Notes under the pieces: model-generated
The model's database searches: none
What the model was told of the DNA's origin: nothing
The model's input: only the letters and a program-made list of their open reading frames with translations
Part shown: piece by piece, positions 37,956 through 47,923 of the stretch
Numbering within the stretch: position 1 is the stretch's first letter
Layout of the letters: each line of letters begins with the position of its first letter
Origin: Synechococcus sp. UW140
GTDB lineage: Bacteria > Pseudomonadota > Gammaproteobacteria > Burkholderiales > Burkholderiaceae_C
Assembly (NCBI GenBank): GCA_943371665.1
Contig: CALRVR020000014.1
Location: 2,267-66,266, forward strand
DNA: 64,000 bases
Reading direction: 5' to 3'
Made by a program: the position numbers and the translations under genes

Positions 37956-39338
37956 ATGCAAGTGTCCGCCTCCATCTTCAAGGCCTACGACGTGCGCGGC
38001 GTCGTGCCGACCACCCTGGACGAGGGCGTGGCCGAGGCCCTGGGCCTGGCCTTCGGCACCGTGGCCTTGCGGCAGGGCGAGCGCACGGTGGCGGTGGGGC
38101 GCGACGGGCGCCTGAGCGGTCCGGCGCTGTCGGGCGCGCTGATCCGGGGGCTGGTGGCGGCCGGCATCGACGTCATCGACGTCGGCGTCGTGACCACCCC
38201 CATGCTGTACTTTGCGGCCAGCACCCTGTGCCGCAGCGGCATCCAGGTCACGGGCAGCCACAACCCGAAGGACTACAACGGTTTCAAGATGGTGATGGGT
38301 GGGCGCGCCATCTTCGGTGACGACATCCAGGCGCTTCGCCGGCTCATCGAATCCGACGGAGGTGTGCGCGCCGAAGGGGGGCGGATTCGCCATGTCAACG
38401 TCGACGCACCTTACCGTGATCGCATCGTCGGCGACGTGAAGCTCGCCCGACCAATGAAGATCGTGGTGGATTGCGGCAACGGTGTGGCAGGGGCTTCGGC
38501 ACCGGCGCTGTTTCGCGCGCTGGGCTGCGAGGTCATCGAGCTGTTCAGCGAGGTGGACGGAAACTTTCCGAATCACCACCCCGATCCCAGCAAGCCCGAG
38601 AACCTTCGGGACGTGATCCGGACCCTGGCCGAATCCGATGCCGAACTGGGGCTGGCCTTTGACGGCGACGGTGACCGCCTGGGCATCGTCACCAAGGGCG
38701 GCAACAACATCTTCCCCGACCGCCAGATGATTTTGTTTGCCCAGGACGTGCTGTCGCGCGTGCCGGGTGGGGCCATCGTCTTCGACGTCAAGTGCTCGCA
38801 ACGGCTTGGCCCGGCCATCGAGGCCGCGGGCGGCGTGCCCCACATCTACAAGACCGGGCATTCGCTCATCAAGGCCCGCATGAAGGAGCTCGACAGCCCG
38901 CTCGGCGGAGAGATGAGCGGGCACATCTTCTTCAAGGAGCGCTGGTTCGGCTTCGACGACGGCACCTACGCGGGCGCACGGCTGCTCGAGATCCTGAGCC
39001 GCCACGCCGATGCGAGCGCGGTGCTCGATGCGCTGCCCACCAGCCACAGCACCCCCGAGCTCAACGTGGCCTGCGCCGAGGGCGAGCCGCACGAGGTGGT
39101 GAAAAAGCTGGTGGCCCTGGCCCGGTTCGACGCGCCGGCCAAGGTCTCCACCATCGACGGGGTTCGCGTCGACTGGCCCGACGGCTTCGGCCTGATTCGC
39201 GCATCCAACACCACGCCGGTGCTGGTGCTGCGCTTCGAGGGTCACACGCCCGAGGCGCTCCACCGCATCGAGGGGGCCATGCTGCAGTTGCTCAAGCAGG
39301 CCAAGCCCGACGCCGTGGTCGGAGCCAGCGCGCATTGA
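37956..39338 (+). CDS. algC: Phosphomannomutase/phosphoglucomutase
   Basis: FKAYDVRG, TGSHNP, FDGDGDR, GEMSGH, RASNT. Confidence 0.95.
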   Translation: MQVSASIFKAYDVRGVVPTTLDEGVAEALGLAFGTVALRQGERTVAVGRDGRLSGPALSGALIRGLVAAGIDVIDVGVVTTPMLYFAASTLCRSGIQVTGSHNPKDYNGFKMVMGGRAIFGDDIQALRRLIESDGGVRAEGGRIRHVNVDAPYRDRIVGDVKLARPMKIVVDCGNGVAGASAPALFRALGCEVIELFSEVDGNFPNHHPDPSKPENLRDVIRTLAESDAELGLAFDGDGDRLGIVTKGGNNIFPDRQMILFAQDVLSRVPGGAIVFDVKCSQRLGPAIEAAGGVPHIYKTGHSLIKARMKELDSPLGGEMSGHIFFKERWFGFDDGTYAGARLLEILSRHADASAVLDALPTSHSTPELNVACAEGEPHEVVKKLVALARFDAPAKVSTIDGVRVDWPDGFGLIRASNTTPVLVLRFEGHTPEALHRIEGAMLQLLKQAKPDAVVGASAH

Positions 39339-39340
39339 CG

Positions 39341-40204
39341 ATGGCGGACGACCCGCTCGACCTCGTCACGGTGGTGCTCGTCACCTACCACAGCGCCCAT
39401 TGCTTCGACGCACTCGATGCGCTGCTGAAGCACTGCCCGCATGTGGTGGTGTCCGACAACGGCAGCAACGACGGATCGGCCGGGCTGGCGCGCACGCGCT
39501 GGCCTCGCGCCACGGTGCTTGAACACGGGCGCAACCTGGGTTTCGGCGCGGCCAACAACCGCGCGCTGGCCCGGGTGGACACTCCGTTCGCTTTTCTGCT
39601 CAACCCCGACTGCGAGGTGTCGCCCGACGGACTTCGCGAGCTGGTGCGGGCCGCCACGGCGATGCCGGAGGCTGCCGTGGTCGCGCCGCAGTTGTGCGCC
39701 GGGCCCGACCGGCCGGAAGTGAACTACCGCTGGCCCAGCACCCTCTGGACGTCCAGGGGTCCCGGCGCCGACGGCCCGGCCTGTGTGGGTTTTGTCGTGG
39801 GTGCGGCGCTGCTGCTGCGGCTTGAACGCTTCGAGGGCATCGGCTACTTCGACGAGCGCTTCTTCCTGTATTACGAGGACGACGACCTCTGCCTGCGGCT
39901 GTTCCATCAACACCGCCCCCTGGTGGTGTGGCCGGCGGTGCGGGCGGTGCACCGCTCTCGCGGATCGGTCAAGGGCAACCGGCCCTGGCGCAGCGAGTAC
40001 CTGCGCGGCTACCACCACGCCCAGTCCAAGCTGATCTACACCGCCAAACACCGTTCGAAGGCCCAGGCCCGCCGCCAGCGCTGGAGCGTGCTGGTGGGCA
40101 CCACGCTGGCGCTTCCGCTGCGCGCCATTGCATGGTCGCCGCGGCTGCTGGCGCGCATGGCAGGACGCTGGATGGGACTGGCGCAGTGGAGGTTCGATGA
40201 CTGA
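39341..40204 (+). CDS. GT2 family glycosyltransferase
   Basis: SDNGS, NLGFGAANN, LNPD, FFLYYEDDD. Confidence 0.9.
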   Translation: MADDPLDLVTVVLVTYHSAHCFDALDALLKHCPHVVVSDNGSNDGSAGLARTRWPRATVLEHGRNLGFGAANNRALARVDTPFAFLLNPDCEVSPDGLRELVRAATAMPEAAVVAPQLCAGPDRPEVNYRWPSTLWTSRGPGADGPACVGFVVGAALLLRLERFEGIGYFDERFFLYYEDDDLCLRLFHQHRPLVVWPAVRAVHRSRGSVKGNRPWRSEYLRGYHHAQSKLIYTAKHRSKAQARRQRWSVLVGTTLALPLRAIAWSPRLLARMAGRWMGLAQWRFDD

Positions 40205-40985
40205 TGCCGCCAGACCCACCCTGGGCATCGCCGTGCTCACGCTCAACGAGGCCCGGCGCATCGACGCCTGCCTTCGCAGTGCCGCCTTTGCCGACCAGTT
40301 GGTGGTGATCGACAGCGGCAGCACCGATGACACGCGGGAGCGGGCTGCACAGCTGGGTGCCGAGGTGCACCTGCACGCCGACTGGCAGGGTTTCGCGGTG
40401 CAGCGAACGCGGGCCCTTGCCCACCTGCGCACCGACTGGGTGTTCTACCTCGATGCCGACGAGGAGATCACGCCATCGCTGCGCGACGAGATCCTGCGCG
40501 CCATCTCGTTGAACGAGCCCGGGGTATGGCGCATCTGGTGGGACGAGGTGGCGTTCGGGCGCGCACTCACGCGCATGAAGCCGCGCGGCGGCATCCTGCG
40601 GCTGTTTCCGCGCGATGCCCTGGAGCGATTCGACGGCGTGGTGCACGAGGCACCGGTGCTGCGAAGGCCGTTGCCCGACCGGGACCTGAAGAGCCGGTTG
40701 TTGCACCATTCCCGGCCCACCGTCTACGGCAGTCTGCGCAAGCTGGCGCAGTACGTGCAATTGGGCGCGGTCAAGCGCAGTGCGCGGGGCAAGCGCGGCG
40801 GCGTGCTGACCGGGTTGGTGATGGGGCTTGTGGTGTTCGTGCGCGTCTACCTGTTCCAGCGCGGCTTCCTTTGCGGTGGCCCGGGTTTCCTCTACAGCCT
40901 GTTCATTGCCCTCGAAACCTTTTTTCGCCACGCGGCATTGCGCTACGACTCGCCCGACCCGGTTGCTGGCCTCGCACGGCGCTAG
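40197..40985 (+). CDS. GT2 LPS glycosyltransferase (LgtF/WaaE-like)
   Basis: TLNE, DSGSTDDT, WQGF..QR, LDADE, VHE. Confidence 0.9.
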   Translation: MTDAARPTLGIAVLTLNEARRIDACLRSAAFADQLVVIDSGSTDDTRERAAQLGAEVHLHADWQGFAVQRTRALAHLRTDWVFYLDADEEITPSLRDEILRAISLNEPGVWRIWWDEVAFGRALTRMKPRGGILRLFPRDALERFDGVVHEAPVLRRPLPDRDLKSRLLHHSRPTVYGSLRKLAQYVQLGAVKRSARGKRGGVLTGLVMGLVVFVRVYLFQRGFLCGGPGFLYSLFIALETFFRHAALRYDSPDPVAGLARR

Positions 40986-42049
40986 CCGTTGAAACGCATC
41001 GCCAGTTTGAGGCGCCAGTAGGCCAATGTGTCGCGCCAGTCGGTGCGCAGCTGCGGGTGCATCCGGTCGGGGTTTCGCAGGGCAGGCTGGATCAGGTGCT
41101 GGTCGAACAGGTCCATCACGCGTTCGGGGTTGTAGAGCGGCGTGTAGCGGTCCCACCGGCCCTGGCGGATCGCGTCGGGATCGAGCGAGCCGATGAGAGA
41201 CACCAGGTCATCGGCGCCCTGGTAGAGCCAGCCCGCATCGCCCAGCACGTCGATGTGGTGGCGGTGCTTGCTGCGCGCGTAGGTGATCACCGGCTTGTTG
41301 CGGATCGAGAACTCGCCGCAGGCCAGGCCGAAGGATTCCCCTTGCAGCCTGGCGTGCAGCATGGCGTCGCAGCTGTTGATGAACCGGGTCTTTCGCGCCA
41401 GATCGCTCGTGCCGGGCAGGAACACGGCGCGGGGGTGGTCGGCGAAACGGGCGATGTTGAGAAAGACGAACCAAGTGTCTTCAAGCGTGGCCAGCACGCG
41501 CTTGACGGCTTCAATGGCGCAAGGAACATCGAAGCTCGACGCGCCCCCATGGCAGCCCAGCACGCGCGCGCCGCGCGGAATGCCGAGTTCGTCCCGAAGG
41601 TCGCCGTCCACCCGTGGCAGGGTGACGATGTGAGGCACCGCCGGAATGTGGCCCCGCGAGCAGCCCTGGCTCAGCCAGTCGGAGATGAAAGCGAACGAAG
41701 CGCCATGTGCCTGGCGTGGGTGGGTGGGAAACACCGCATGGACCATGGTGCGCACGGTGGCCGGCAACAGCCCGTCCCTTCGGCCGGCCTTGATGGCGTA
41801 AAGCAGGTCGGCACCCCGATCGCGCAACAGGCCATCGAGTTCGCTGTGGTGGCGATAGGTGAACACCTCGAAGCGGTCGCGGAACCGGGCAATGGCCTGG
41901 GGGTCGTTGCCCGGACTGTCCGCCGGGTGCACGATCACGCTGCGGTGGCCCAGCTGGTTCTCGGCGCCTTCTGCGTAGTCGAACAGCGCCACTTCGGTGC
42001 CGCGCAGCGAGAGCTGGTTGGAGTGGAACGCGATGGTGAGCGAGCTCAT
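40982..42049 (-). CDS. Putative GT-B (GT4-like) glycosyltransferase
   Basis: RGTEVALFDYA N-terminus, MLHAR..GESFGLACGEF C-terminal motif; ATGA overlap with the ligase gene. Confidence 0.7.
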   Translation of the reverse strand: MSSLTIAFHSNQLSLRGTEVALFDYAEGAENQLGHRSVIVHPADSPGNDPQAIARFRDRFEVFTYRHHSELDGLLRDRGADLLYAIKAGRRDGLLPATVRTMVHAVFPTHPRQAHGASFAFISDWLSQGCSRGHIPAVPHIVTLPRVDGDLRDELGIPRGARVLGCHGGASSFDVPCAIEAVKRVLATLEDTWFVFLNIARFADHPRAVFLPGTSDLARKTRFINSCDAMLHARLQGESFGLACGEFSIRNKPVITYARSKHRHHIDVLGDAGWLYQGADDLVSLIGSLDPDAIRQGRWDRYTPLYNPERVMDLFDQHLIQPALRNPDRMHPQLRTDWRDTLAYWRLKLAMRFNG

Positions 42050-43293
42050 GTCGAGCGCCCTGCCATGCGCCGCCGGTGCAGTCCGGCCATCACCAGCGCG
42101 CTCATCAACACCAGGCAGTGACTTTCGGTGGACAGCCAGAACGAGCTGTGCGAGAGGCTCACCACCGACAGCGCGGCCACGAAGGCCAGCGCAAAGGCCC
42201 GGCGGCCGGGCTCGTGGCGCATGGCTTCGCGCACGATGGCGCCGGCAAACCAGAGGAACAGCGCCAGCCCGACGATGCCCTGCTCGTACAGGAAAAACAG
42301 GAACTGGTTGTGCGGGTGCGGGCACACCACGCTGCACCAGACCGGGTCGGTGAAGTGCTTCGCTGCCAGGACGGGGTAGGCCGCGGTGCCGTGGCCCAGC
42401 AGCGGTGCGTCGAGGGAGCCCTGCAGGGTGAATTCGGTCATCTCGATGCGCGCACCGGCGGAGGTGACCACGCCATTGGCAGCGTCGTGGGACACGGATT
42501 GTGCCTCTTGCCATGACGCGTGCATCCGTTGCTGGAGCACCGGCGAAGCCGTGAACGCGACTCCGATGAGGGCAGCCGCGCCGACCACCGTGCCAATCAC
42601 CGCCCGGGTTGAGTGAGCGGTCGCCAGTGCGACGGTGAAGACGACCGTGGCGGCGGCCCAGGCGAGGTAGCCGGTTCTGCCCGCCGACAGAAACAGGATG
42701 GAGGCGCAAGCAAGGAACCAGACCAATGCGGCTGACCATCGCACGGCGGGCTTGGTGGCCGTGATGGCGACGAGGCCGGCCATCAGCGTGAACAGGGTCA
42801 TCATGAGGCCCTGCGAGATGTAGTCCTTGAAGACCGTGTGATCGACACCGAGACCTTGGTTCTGCGTGCGTGTCCAGCCAAAGTCGAACCACACGTTGAG
42901 CCAGGTGACGGCCAGCGTGAAGGCCATGGCCAGGGCGAAGGCCTGCCAGCAGCGGCGCCTCACCGGGGCATCGTGCAGCAGCGCGATGAACACAGGCACC
43001 AGCAGAAACTTGAGGTACTTCTGGACGAAGCCGAGCACGCCTGAGGGACTGGCGGGGGACCATGCAGCGGCCAGGATGATCCAGCCGAACAGTGCCAGGG
43101 CGGGCAGCGCCAGCGGATTGCGAAGGGCCTCCTGGAGGCGCAGCCGCGAGTCGGCCCAGCCCAGGCCCACAGCCCAGAAGACCAAGGTGAGCAGAAGCGC
43201 CACGTTGGCCAGCGCCACCGACATCGGAAACGCGAAGAACACCAGCACGAGGCTGGCCTGGGCGGCTTGGCGGCTGAGGTTGCCGAGATTCAT
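42046..43293 (-). CDS. O-antigen ligase (WaaL-like)
   Basis: Multi-TM protein with GRTG, S.G.R, PLLGHG and HPHNQF motifs. Confidence 0.85.
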   Translation of the reverse strand: MNLGNLSRQAAQASLVLVFFAFPMSVALANVALLLTLVFWAVGLGWADSRLRLQEALRNPLALPALALFGWIILAAAWSPASPSGVLGFVQKYLKFLLVPVFIALLHDAPVRRRCWQAFALAMAFTLAVTWLNVWFDFGWTRTQNQGLGVDHTVFKDYISQGLMMTLFTLMAGLVAITATKPAVRWSAALVWFLACASILFLSAGRTGYLAWAAATVVFTVALATAHSTRAVIGTVVGAAALIGVAFTASPVLQQRMHASWQEAQSVSHDAANGVVTSAGARIEMTEFTLQGSLDAPLLGHGTAAYPVLAAKHFTDPVWCSVVCPHPHNQFLFFLYEQGIVGLALFLWFAGAIVREAMRHEPGRRAFALAFVAALSVVSLSHSSFWLSTESHCLVLMSALVMAGLHRRRMAGRST

Positions 43294-45308
43294 GGGTGTC
43301 GGGGAGTGTGCAGGGGTTGCCCGTAGGCCGACGTCAGCAGAGGCCAATCGTCTTCGTGCCAGTGGAACGAGGGTTCGCGCCCGGATTCCTTCCGCAGCGA
43401 TCGCAGCAGGCGCGCCAGATTGTCGCGTTTCCAGTGATCGCCCGGACGCACGTCGCATTTGTCGAAGTCGATCACCCACGCCGCGCCCGCGGCGTCGAGC
43501 AGCAGGTTGTGGGCGTTGAGGTCGGCGTGGAAGACCTGGCGGTCGTGCAGTCGACGGATGGCCCTGCCCAGCGCTGCCCAGGCGGCGGGTTCCGGTCGCG
43601 ATTCGCGCAGGCACTGCACGAGGTTGCGCGTCTGCGGAATCAGGCCGACGGCGATGTCGGCGCTGTAGGTCAGACCGCGGGGGCGGTGCAGTGCCGCCAC
43701 CGGGACGGGCACGGGCAGGTCCCAGGATTGCATCAGCCGCAGCAAGGCGAATTCCTGCATGGCGCGGCTGCGCTGCACCGGTTCGCGCAGAAACCGGTCG
43801 TCGCTGATCCGGGCCACAAGGCCGCCACGCCGGTAATGCCGAAGCACCCGTGCGCCCTGTGCGTGGGGCACCAGCGCGGCCTGGCCGCGGCCGCTGCCGG
43901 TGGACAGACTCACGGCGCTGGCCGGGGGCATGAAGTCGCCAGCGCCGGGTTCGGGGCCGCGGAGCGGGTCGTGCCACACGGTGCAGCCGTCGGGGTGCGC
44001 GCGCACCCACACCACGCCCAGTCGCTCGGGCTTGACGGTGCCGATCGCCGTCTGCAGCGTGGGCCAGGTGCGATCGATGGCACCCCGATGGCGGTCCATG
44101 AGTGCCCTGGCGGCCACTGAGCGCGCAGCCCAGGCAGCAGGGTCGTTCAGGGCCTGATCGGCGGCATCGCGCAGCCCCTGTGCATCCGCCACGCGAACGG
44201 CGGCCCCCGCCAGCAGCGCCTCGTCGAACAAGGCCGGCGCATTGCGCGTGTGGGGACCGAACAGCACGGGTTGTCCCAGCGAGAGGGGTTCGAGCGGGTT
44301 GTGGCCACCCACTGGTGCAATGGTGCCGCCCACGAAGCAGACTGCCGCGTGCCGGTACCAGTGCATCAGCTCGCCCATGGCGTCCACCAGGAAGACACGG
44401 TCGTCGGTACCCGGCCATTCACCACGGCTGCGGCGGGCGTGCGTCCAGCCCCTTGCGCGCAGCGATTGCGCCACCGCGTCGAAGCGCTGCGGGTGCCGGG
44501 GCACCAGCACCAGCAGGGCATCGGGGTGGCGCACCGCAAGATCTGTCCAGGCGTCGAGCCAGGCCGCTTCATCGCCCTCGTGTGTGCTGCCCGCCACGAC
44601 GAGCTGGCGGCCAGCCAGCGCGGGCGCCAGGGGCGCTGCCACGGGCGCGGGTGCGACGTCGAACTTGAGGTTGCCCGCCACCCGCACCTGGGTGGCGGGC
44701 ACGCCCAGCGCCGCCAGCAGACGCGCCGTCTGCCCGTCGGCCGAGGCCACGTGAAGCGTGGGCCAGGCGTGCTGCATGACGCTGTTCCAGCGCTGGTAGC
44801 CGCGCGCGGACGATTCGGACAGGCGCGCATTGATCAGGGCCACCGGCAGGGCACGTTCTGCGCAGGCAAACAGCCACTGCGGCCACAGTTCCCGTTCGAT
44901 CAGCACCAGTGCCTGCGGGCGCAGGCGGTCCAGAAAGCGGGCCACCGCACCCGGGGTGTCCATGGGGGCATAGCGGTGGGTGATGCGATCGCCCCAGGCG
45001 TCGTGCAAGGCTTTCGCACCGGTGGGGGTCTGGGTGGTCACCACCAATGCGTGCGCGGGCCATTCCTGCAGAAGTTTCTGGATGACCGGCCGCGCGGCCT
45101 GCACCTCGCCCACCGACGCCGCGTGCAGCCACAGGCAGCCGAAATGCGTGGGCTCGACCGGAATGATGCCGAGGCGTTCGCCCAGGCGCTCGCGGTAGGC
45201 GGGCTCACGCTGGCCGCGCCACCACAGCCAGCCCAGCATCGGCAGCATGAGCGTGCGGGTGAGGGCGCGCCAGGCCCGCAGCGAGGGGGTGGCGCGTGGC
45301 GGGTTCAA
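43290..45308 (-). CDS. waaA: Fused Kdo transferase (WaaA) and Kdo kinase (KdkA)
   Basis: WLHAASVGE, GNLKFD, AGSTH, PRHPQRF, GGHNPLEP, then in frame GSGRG, LRHYRRGG, HADLNAHN, IDFDK, RLLRSLRK; start (TTG 45308) uncertain. Confidence 0.88.
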   Translation of the reverse strand: MNPPRATPSLRAWRALTRTLMLPMLGWLWWRGQREPAYRERLGERLGIIPVEPTHFGCLWLHAASVGEVQAARPVIQKLLQEWPAHALVVTTQTPTGAKALHDAWGDRITHRYAPMDTPGAVARFLDRLRPQALVLIERELWPQWLFACAERALPVALINARLSESSARGYQRWNSVMQHAWPTLHVASADGQTARLLAALGVPATQVRVAGNLKFDVAPAPVAAPLAPALAGRQLVVAGSTHEGDEAAWLDAWTDLAVRHPDALLVLVPRHPQRFDAVAQSLRARGWTHARRSRGEWPGTDDRVFLVDAMGELMHWYRHAAVCFVGGTIAPVGGHNPLEPLSLGQPVLFGPHTRNAPALFDEALLAGAAVRVADAQGLRDAADQALNDPAAWAARSVAARALMDRHRGAIDRTWPTLQTAIGTVKPERLGVVWVRAHPDGCTVWHDPLRGPEPGAGDFMPPASAVSLSTGSGRGQAALVPHAQGARVLRHYRRGGLVARISDDRFLREPVQRSRAMQEFALLRLMQSWDLPVPVPVAALHRPRGLTYSADIAVGLIPQTRNLVQCLRESRPEPAAWAALGRAIRRLHDRQVFHADLNAHNLLLDAAGAAWVIDFDKCDVRPGDHWKRDNLARLLRSLRKESGREPSFHWHEDDWPLLTSAYGQPLHTPRHP

Positions 45309-46078
45309 CGCCAGTGGTCGGCCACCCACTGCGTGGGCAGCACGCGCCGATACCACTTGCCGCTCACACCGGCAATGGCGTCGGGCGGGTTGGGTTTGCC
45401 GTGAAAGGCGATGATGCGCGCACCCGGCGGGATGACCGGCGGCGCAAACCACCCCATGATGCCGCGGCGCATGCAGTGGCGCTTGAAGCTCACGCACCAG
45501 CCCTCGGGCCAGAAACTCACCTTGCCCTGGCGTCCCAGGTAGCCGGTGATGTATTCCTGCTCGTTGCGAACGTCGGCAATCGCTTGCGGGTAGCGCTGCT
45601 TCAGGTGTTCCAGGGCATCGGCATGTGCGCCGATGGTGTACAGGTAGCACGAGGTGTTGCCCGTGCCGTCCGCCTTGTCCCATTCCTTGATGACGGTGAA
45701 TTCACCGGGCTGGTCGAAGAAGGGGTCGAGGCTGTCGACGATGACGATGTCGAGGTCGAGAAACAGGGTGCGGCCGGTGAGGTCGTACAGCGGGTCGGCA
45801 AAGCTCGTGAGCTTGAGCCAGCCGTGGCCGAAGCTCCATGGCTTGCGCTGGTCGAATTCGTCGAATCCCACCGCCGGGATCGGCTTGACCTCGATCGACG
45901 GGTCGATGCCGGCGGCGTCGTCGGTGAGGCAGACGAAGCGGAAGGGCCGGTGCAGGTGCCGCGACACCATGCTGTGGAGCTTGTTGACGTACTCGGGCCC
46001 GTACTTGCGGCCCCATTTGATGCACAGCACGTTGACGGCTGGCACGCCGTGGCTCGCTGGTGGGGAAGGTTCTGGCAT
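45305..46078 (-). CDS. Putative GT-A glycosyltransferase
   Basis: CIKWG.KY, FVCLTD, W.KL, LFLDLD (DxD), FHGKPNP. Confidence 0.75.
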   Translation of the reverse strand: MPEPSPPASHGVPAVNVLCIKWGRKYGPEYVNKLHSMVSRHLHRPFRFVCLTDDAAGIDPSIEVKPIPAVGFDEFDQRKPWSFGHGWLKLTSFADPLYDLTGRTLFLDLDIVIVDSLDPFFDQPGEFTVIKEWDKADGTGNTSCYLYTIGAHADALEHLKQRYPQAIADVRNEQEYITGYLGRQGKVSFWPEGWCVSFKRHCMRRGIMGWFAPPVIPPGARIIAFHGKPNPPDAIAGVSGKWYRRVLPTQWVADHWR

Positions 46079-46171
46079 CGCGGGAGTTTATCGGGTCCGG
46101 GAACAGCCAGGAACGCTCGAGCCTGCCACGGTTGGAGCGGGCCCGGGGCGCGGGCTGAGCGGGCGATGGAC

Positions 46172-47518
46172 TCAGCGCGCCAGCAGGGCGTCGATCGGCT
46201 GAAGGTCGGCGGGTGTCAGTTCGCCGCTGGCCTGGCGCAGGCGAAGGCTGCCCAAGAGGACGTTGTAGCGGGCTTGGGCGAGGTCGCGCTTGGTCTGGAA
46301 CAGCTGGCTCTGTGCATTGAGCACATCGATGTTGATGCGAACCCCCACCTGGTAGCCCAGCTGGTTGGCTTCGAGCGCGCTCTGGCTGGAGGCCTCGGCG
46401 GCTTCCAGTGCCTTCACCTGGCCCTGCCCTGACAGGACGCCCAGGAAGGCGCTGCGCGTGGACAGGTCCACCCCGCGCCGCGCCGATTGGAAGTCCGCGC
46501 GGGCCTTCTCTTCAAGGGCGAGCGTCTGCTTCACACGGTTCTGGATGGCATAACCCGCAAACAGCGGCATGTTGAACTGAACGCCCACGCTGGCGTTGTT
46601 GCTGCGCACGGTGCCGCTGATGCCCTGCACGGTGGAAGGCGCCCGGCTCACCTGGTACTGGCCCACCAGATCGACCGTGGGCTTGTGCCCGGCTTCGGCC
46701 CGCTGCGTTTCCAGTTCGGCAATCTCGAGGTTGCGGCGCGCCTGCAGGATGGTCGGGTGGTTTTCGCCCGCGCGGTTGAGCCACGCCTGCGGATCGGCCG
46801 GCTGCAGCGGCGGCAGGATCACCGGCGTCACGAGCGGGCGCGGCGAGACGCCGGTGCGGCCCACCAGCTGGTCGAGCGTCAGCTTCTTCACGCGCAGGTC
46901 GTTCTCGGCGGCAATCTCCTGGGCCACCACCAGGTCGAAGCCGGCCTGCGCCTCGCGGGCATCGGTCACGGTGGCGGTGCCCACCTCGAAGTTGCGCCGC
47001 GCCGCCGCCAGCTGCTCGGCCACGGCGGTCTTCTGCGCCCGCACGAAGGTCAGGGTGTCTTCGGCCGCCAGCACGTCGAAATAGGCCTGCGAGGTGCGGA
47101 TGATCAGGTCTTGCTCGGCCTGGGTGAGCTGCGCCTGGGCGATGTCGGTCGAGAGCTTCGCCTGGTCGTTGGCGAGCTTGTTGGCCGGGCGGTACAGCGG
47201 TTGGCTGGCCGACAGGGTCACGTTCTGGCTGTTGCTGGTGCCGTCCAGCAGGTTGTTGTTGCTGTCCCGGCGCGCCCAGTTGGCGGCCGCGCCCAGGCCC
47301 ACTTCGGGCAGCAATCCGGCACGGGCCTGCGCGGCTTGCGCCAGGTTGGCGTCGTATTGCGAGCGGGCCGCCAGGTAGGTCGCGTCGAAGCTGCGCGCGG
47401 CCTCGAACAGTTCGAGCAGGCTCTGGGCCTGTGCGGTCGATGCGCCACCCATGGCCAGGCAGGCGGCCAGCACGAGCGGGTGCAGGCGGCGGGCGGGTCG
47501 GGTCGGGGTGGGGTGCAT
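46172..47518 (-). CDS. tolC: TolC family outer membrane channel
   Basis: Signal peptide, ARAGLLP, AYFDVL, GYQVGVR..IDVLNAQ. Confidence 0.93.
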   Translation of the reverse strand: MHPTPTRPARRLHPLVLAACLAMGGASTAQAQSLLELFEAARSFDATYLAARSQYDANLAQAAQARAGLLPEVGLGAAANWARRDSNNNLLDGTSNSQNVTLSASQPLYRPANKLANDQAKLSTDIAQAQLTQAEQDLIIRTSQAYFDVLAAEDTLTFVRAQKTAVAEQLAAARRNFEVGTATVTDAREAQAGFDLVVAQEIAAENDLRVKKLTLDQLVGRTGVSPRPLVTPVILPPLQPADPQAWLNRAGENHPTILQARRNLEIAELETQRAEAGHKPTVDLVGQYQVSRAPSTVQGISGTVRSNNASVGVQFNMPLFAGYAIQNRVKQTLALEEKARADFQSARRGVDLSTRSAFLGVLSGQGQVKALEAAEASSQSALEANQLGYQVGVRINIDVLNAQSQLFQTKRDLAQARYNVLLGSLRLRQASGELTPADLQPIDALLAR

Positions 47519-47558
47519 GGCGATGTCCTTGACGGGTGGAAACGGTCGAAGCGTCGAA

Positions 47559-47903
47559 TCAGTAGAGCGGTACCGAGGGATCGCGTTCCCGCGACCAGGC
47601 ATCGATGCCGCCATGGATGTTGACCACGTGGGCAAATCCCCGGTTCATCAGGAAATGCGTGACCTGCGCACTGCGCATGCCGTGGTGACACAGGCAGGCG
47701 ATCGGGCGCTCGGGATCGAGCTCGCTCAACCGCTCGGGCACTGAGCGCATCGGCATGGTCACCAGCTCGAAGCCCTCGGGCCTCACGCTGGCGGTCTGCA
47801 GTTCCCAGGGTTCACGCACGTCGAGCACCACCGGTGGCGCTTGGTCTTCGGCGGCGTGGAAGGCCAGCCATTGGTCAAGCTGGGCAGGGGTGATGGCTTG
47901 CAT
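47559..47903 (-). CDS. Rhodanese-like protein
   Basis: LDVREPWE, CHHGMRS, GGIDAWS. Confidence 0.9.
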   Translation of the reverse strand: MQAITPAQLDQWLAFHAAEDQAPPVVLDVREPWELQTASVRPEGFELVTMPMRSVPERLSELDPERPIACLCHHGMRSAQVTHFLMNRGFAHVVNIHGGIDAWSRERDPSVPLY

Positions 47904-47923
47904 GGCGGCTTTGGGGCGGTGGG

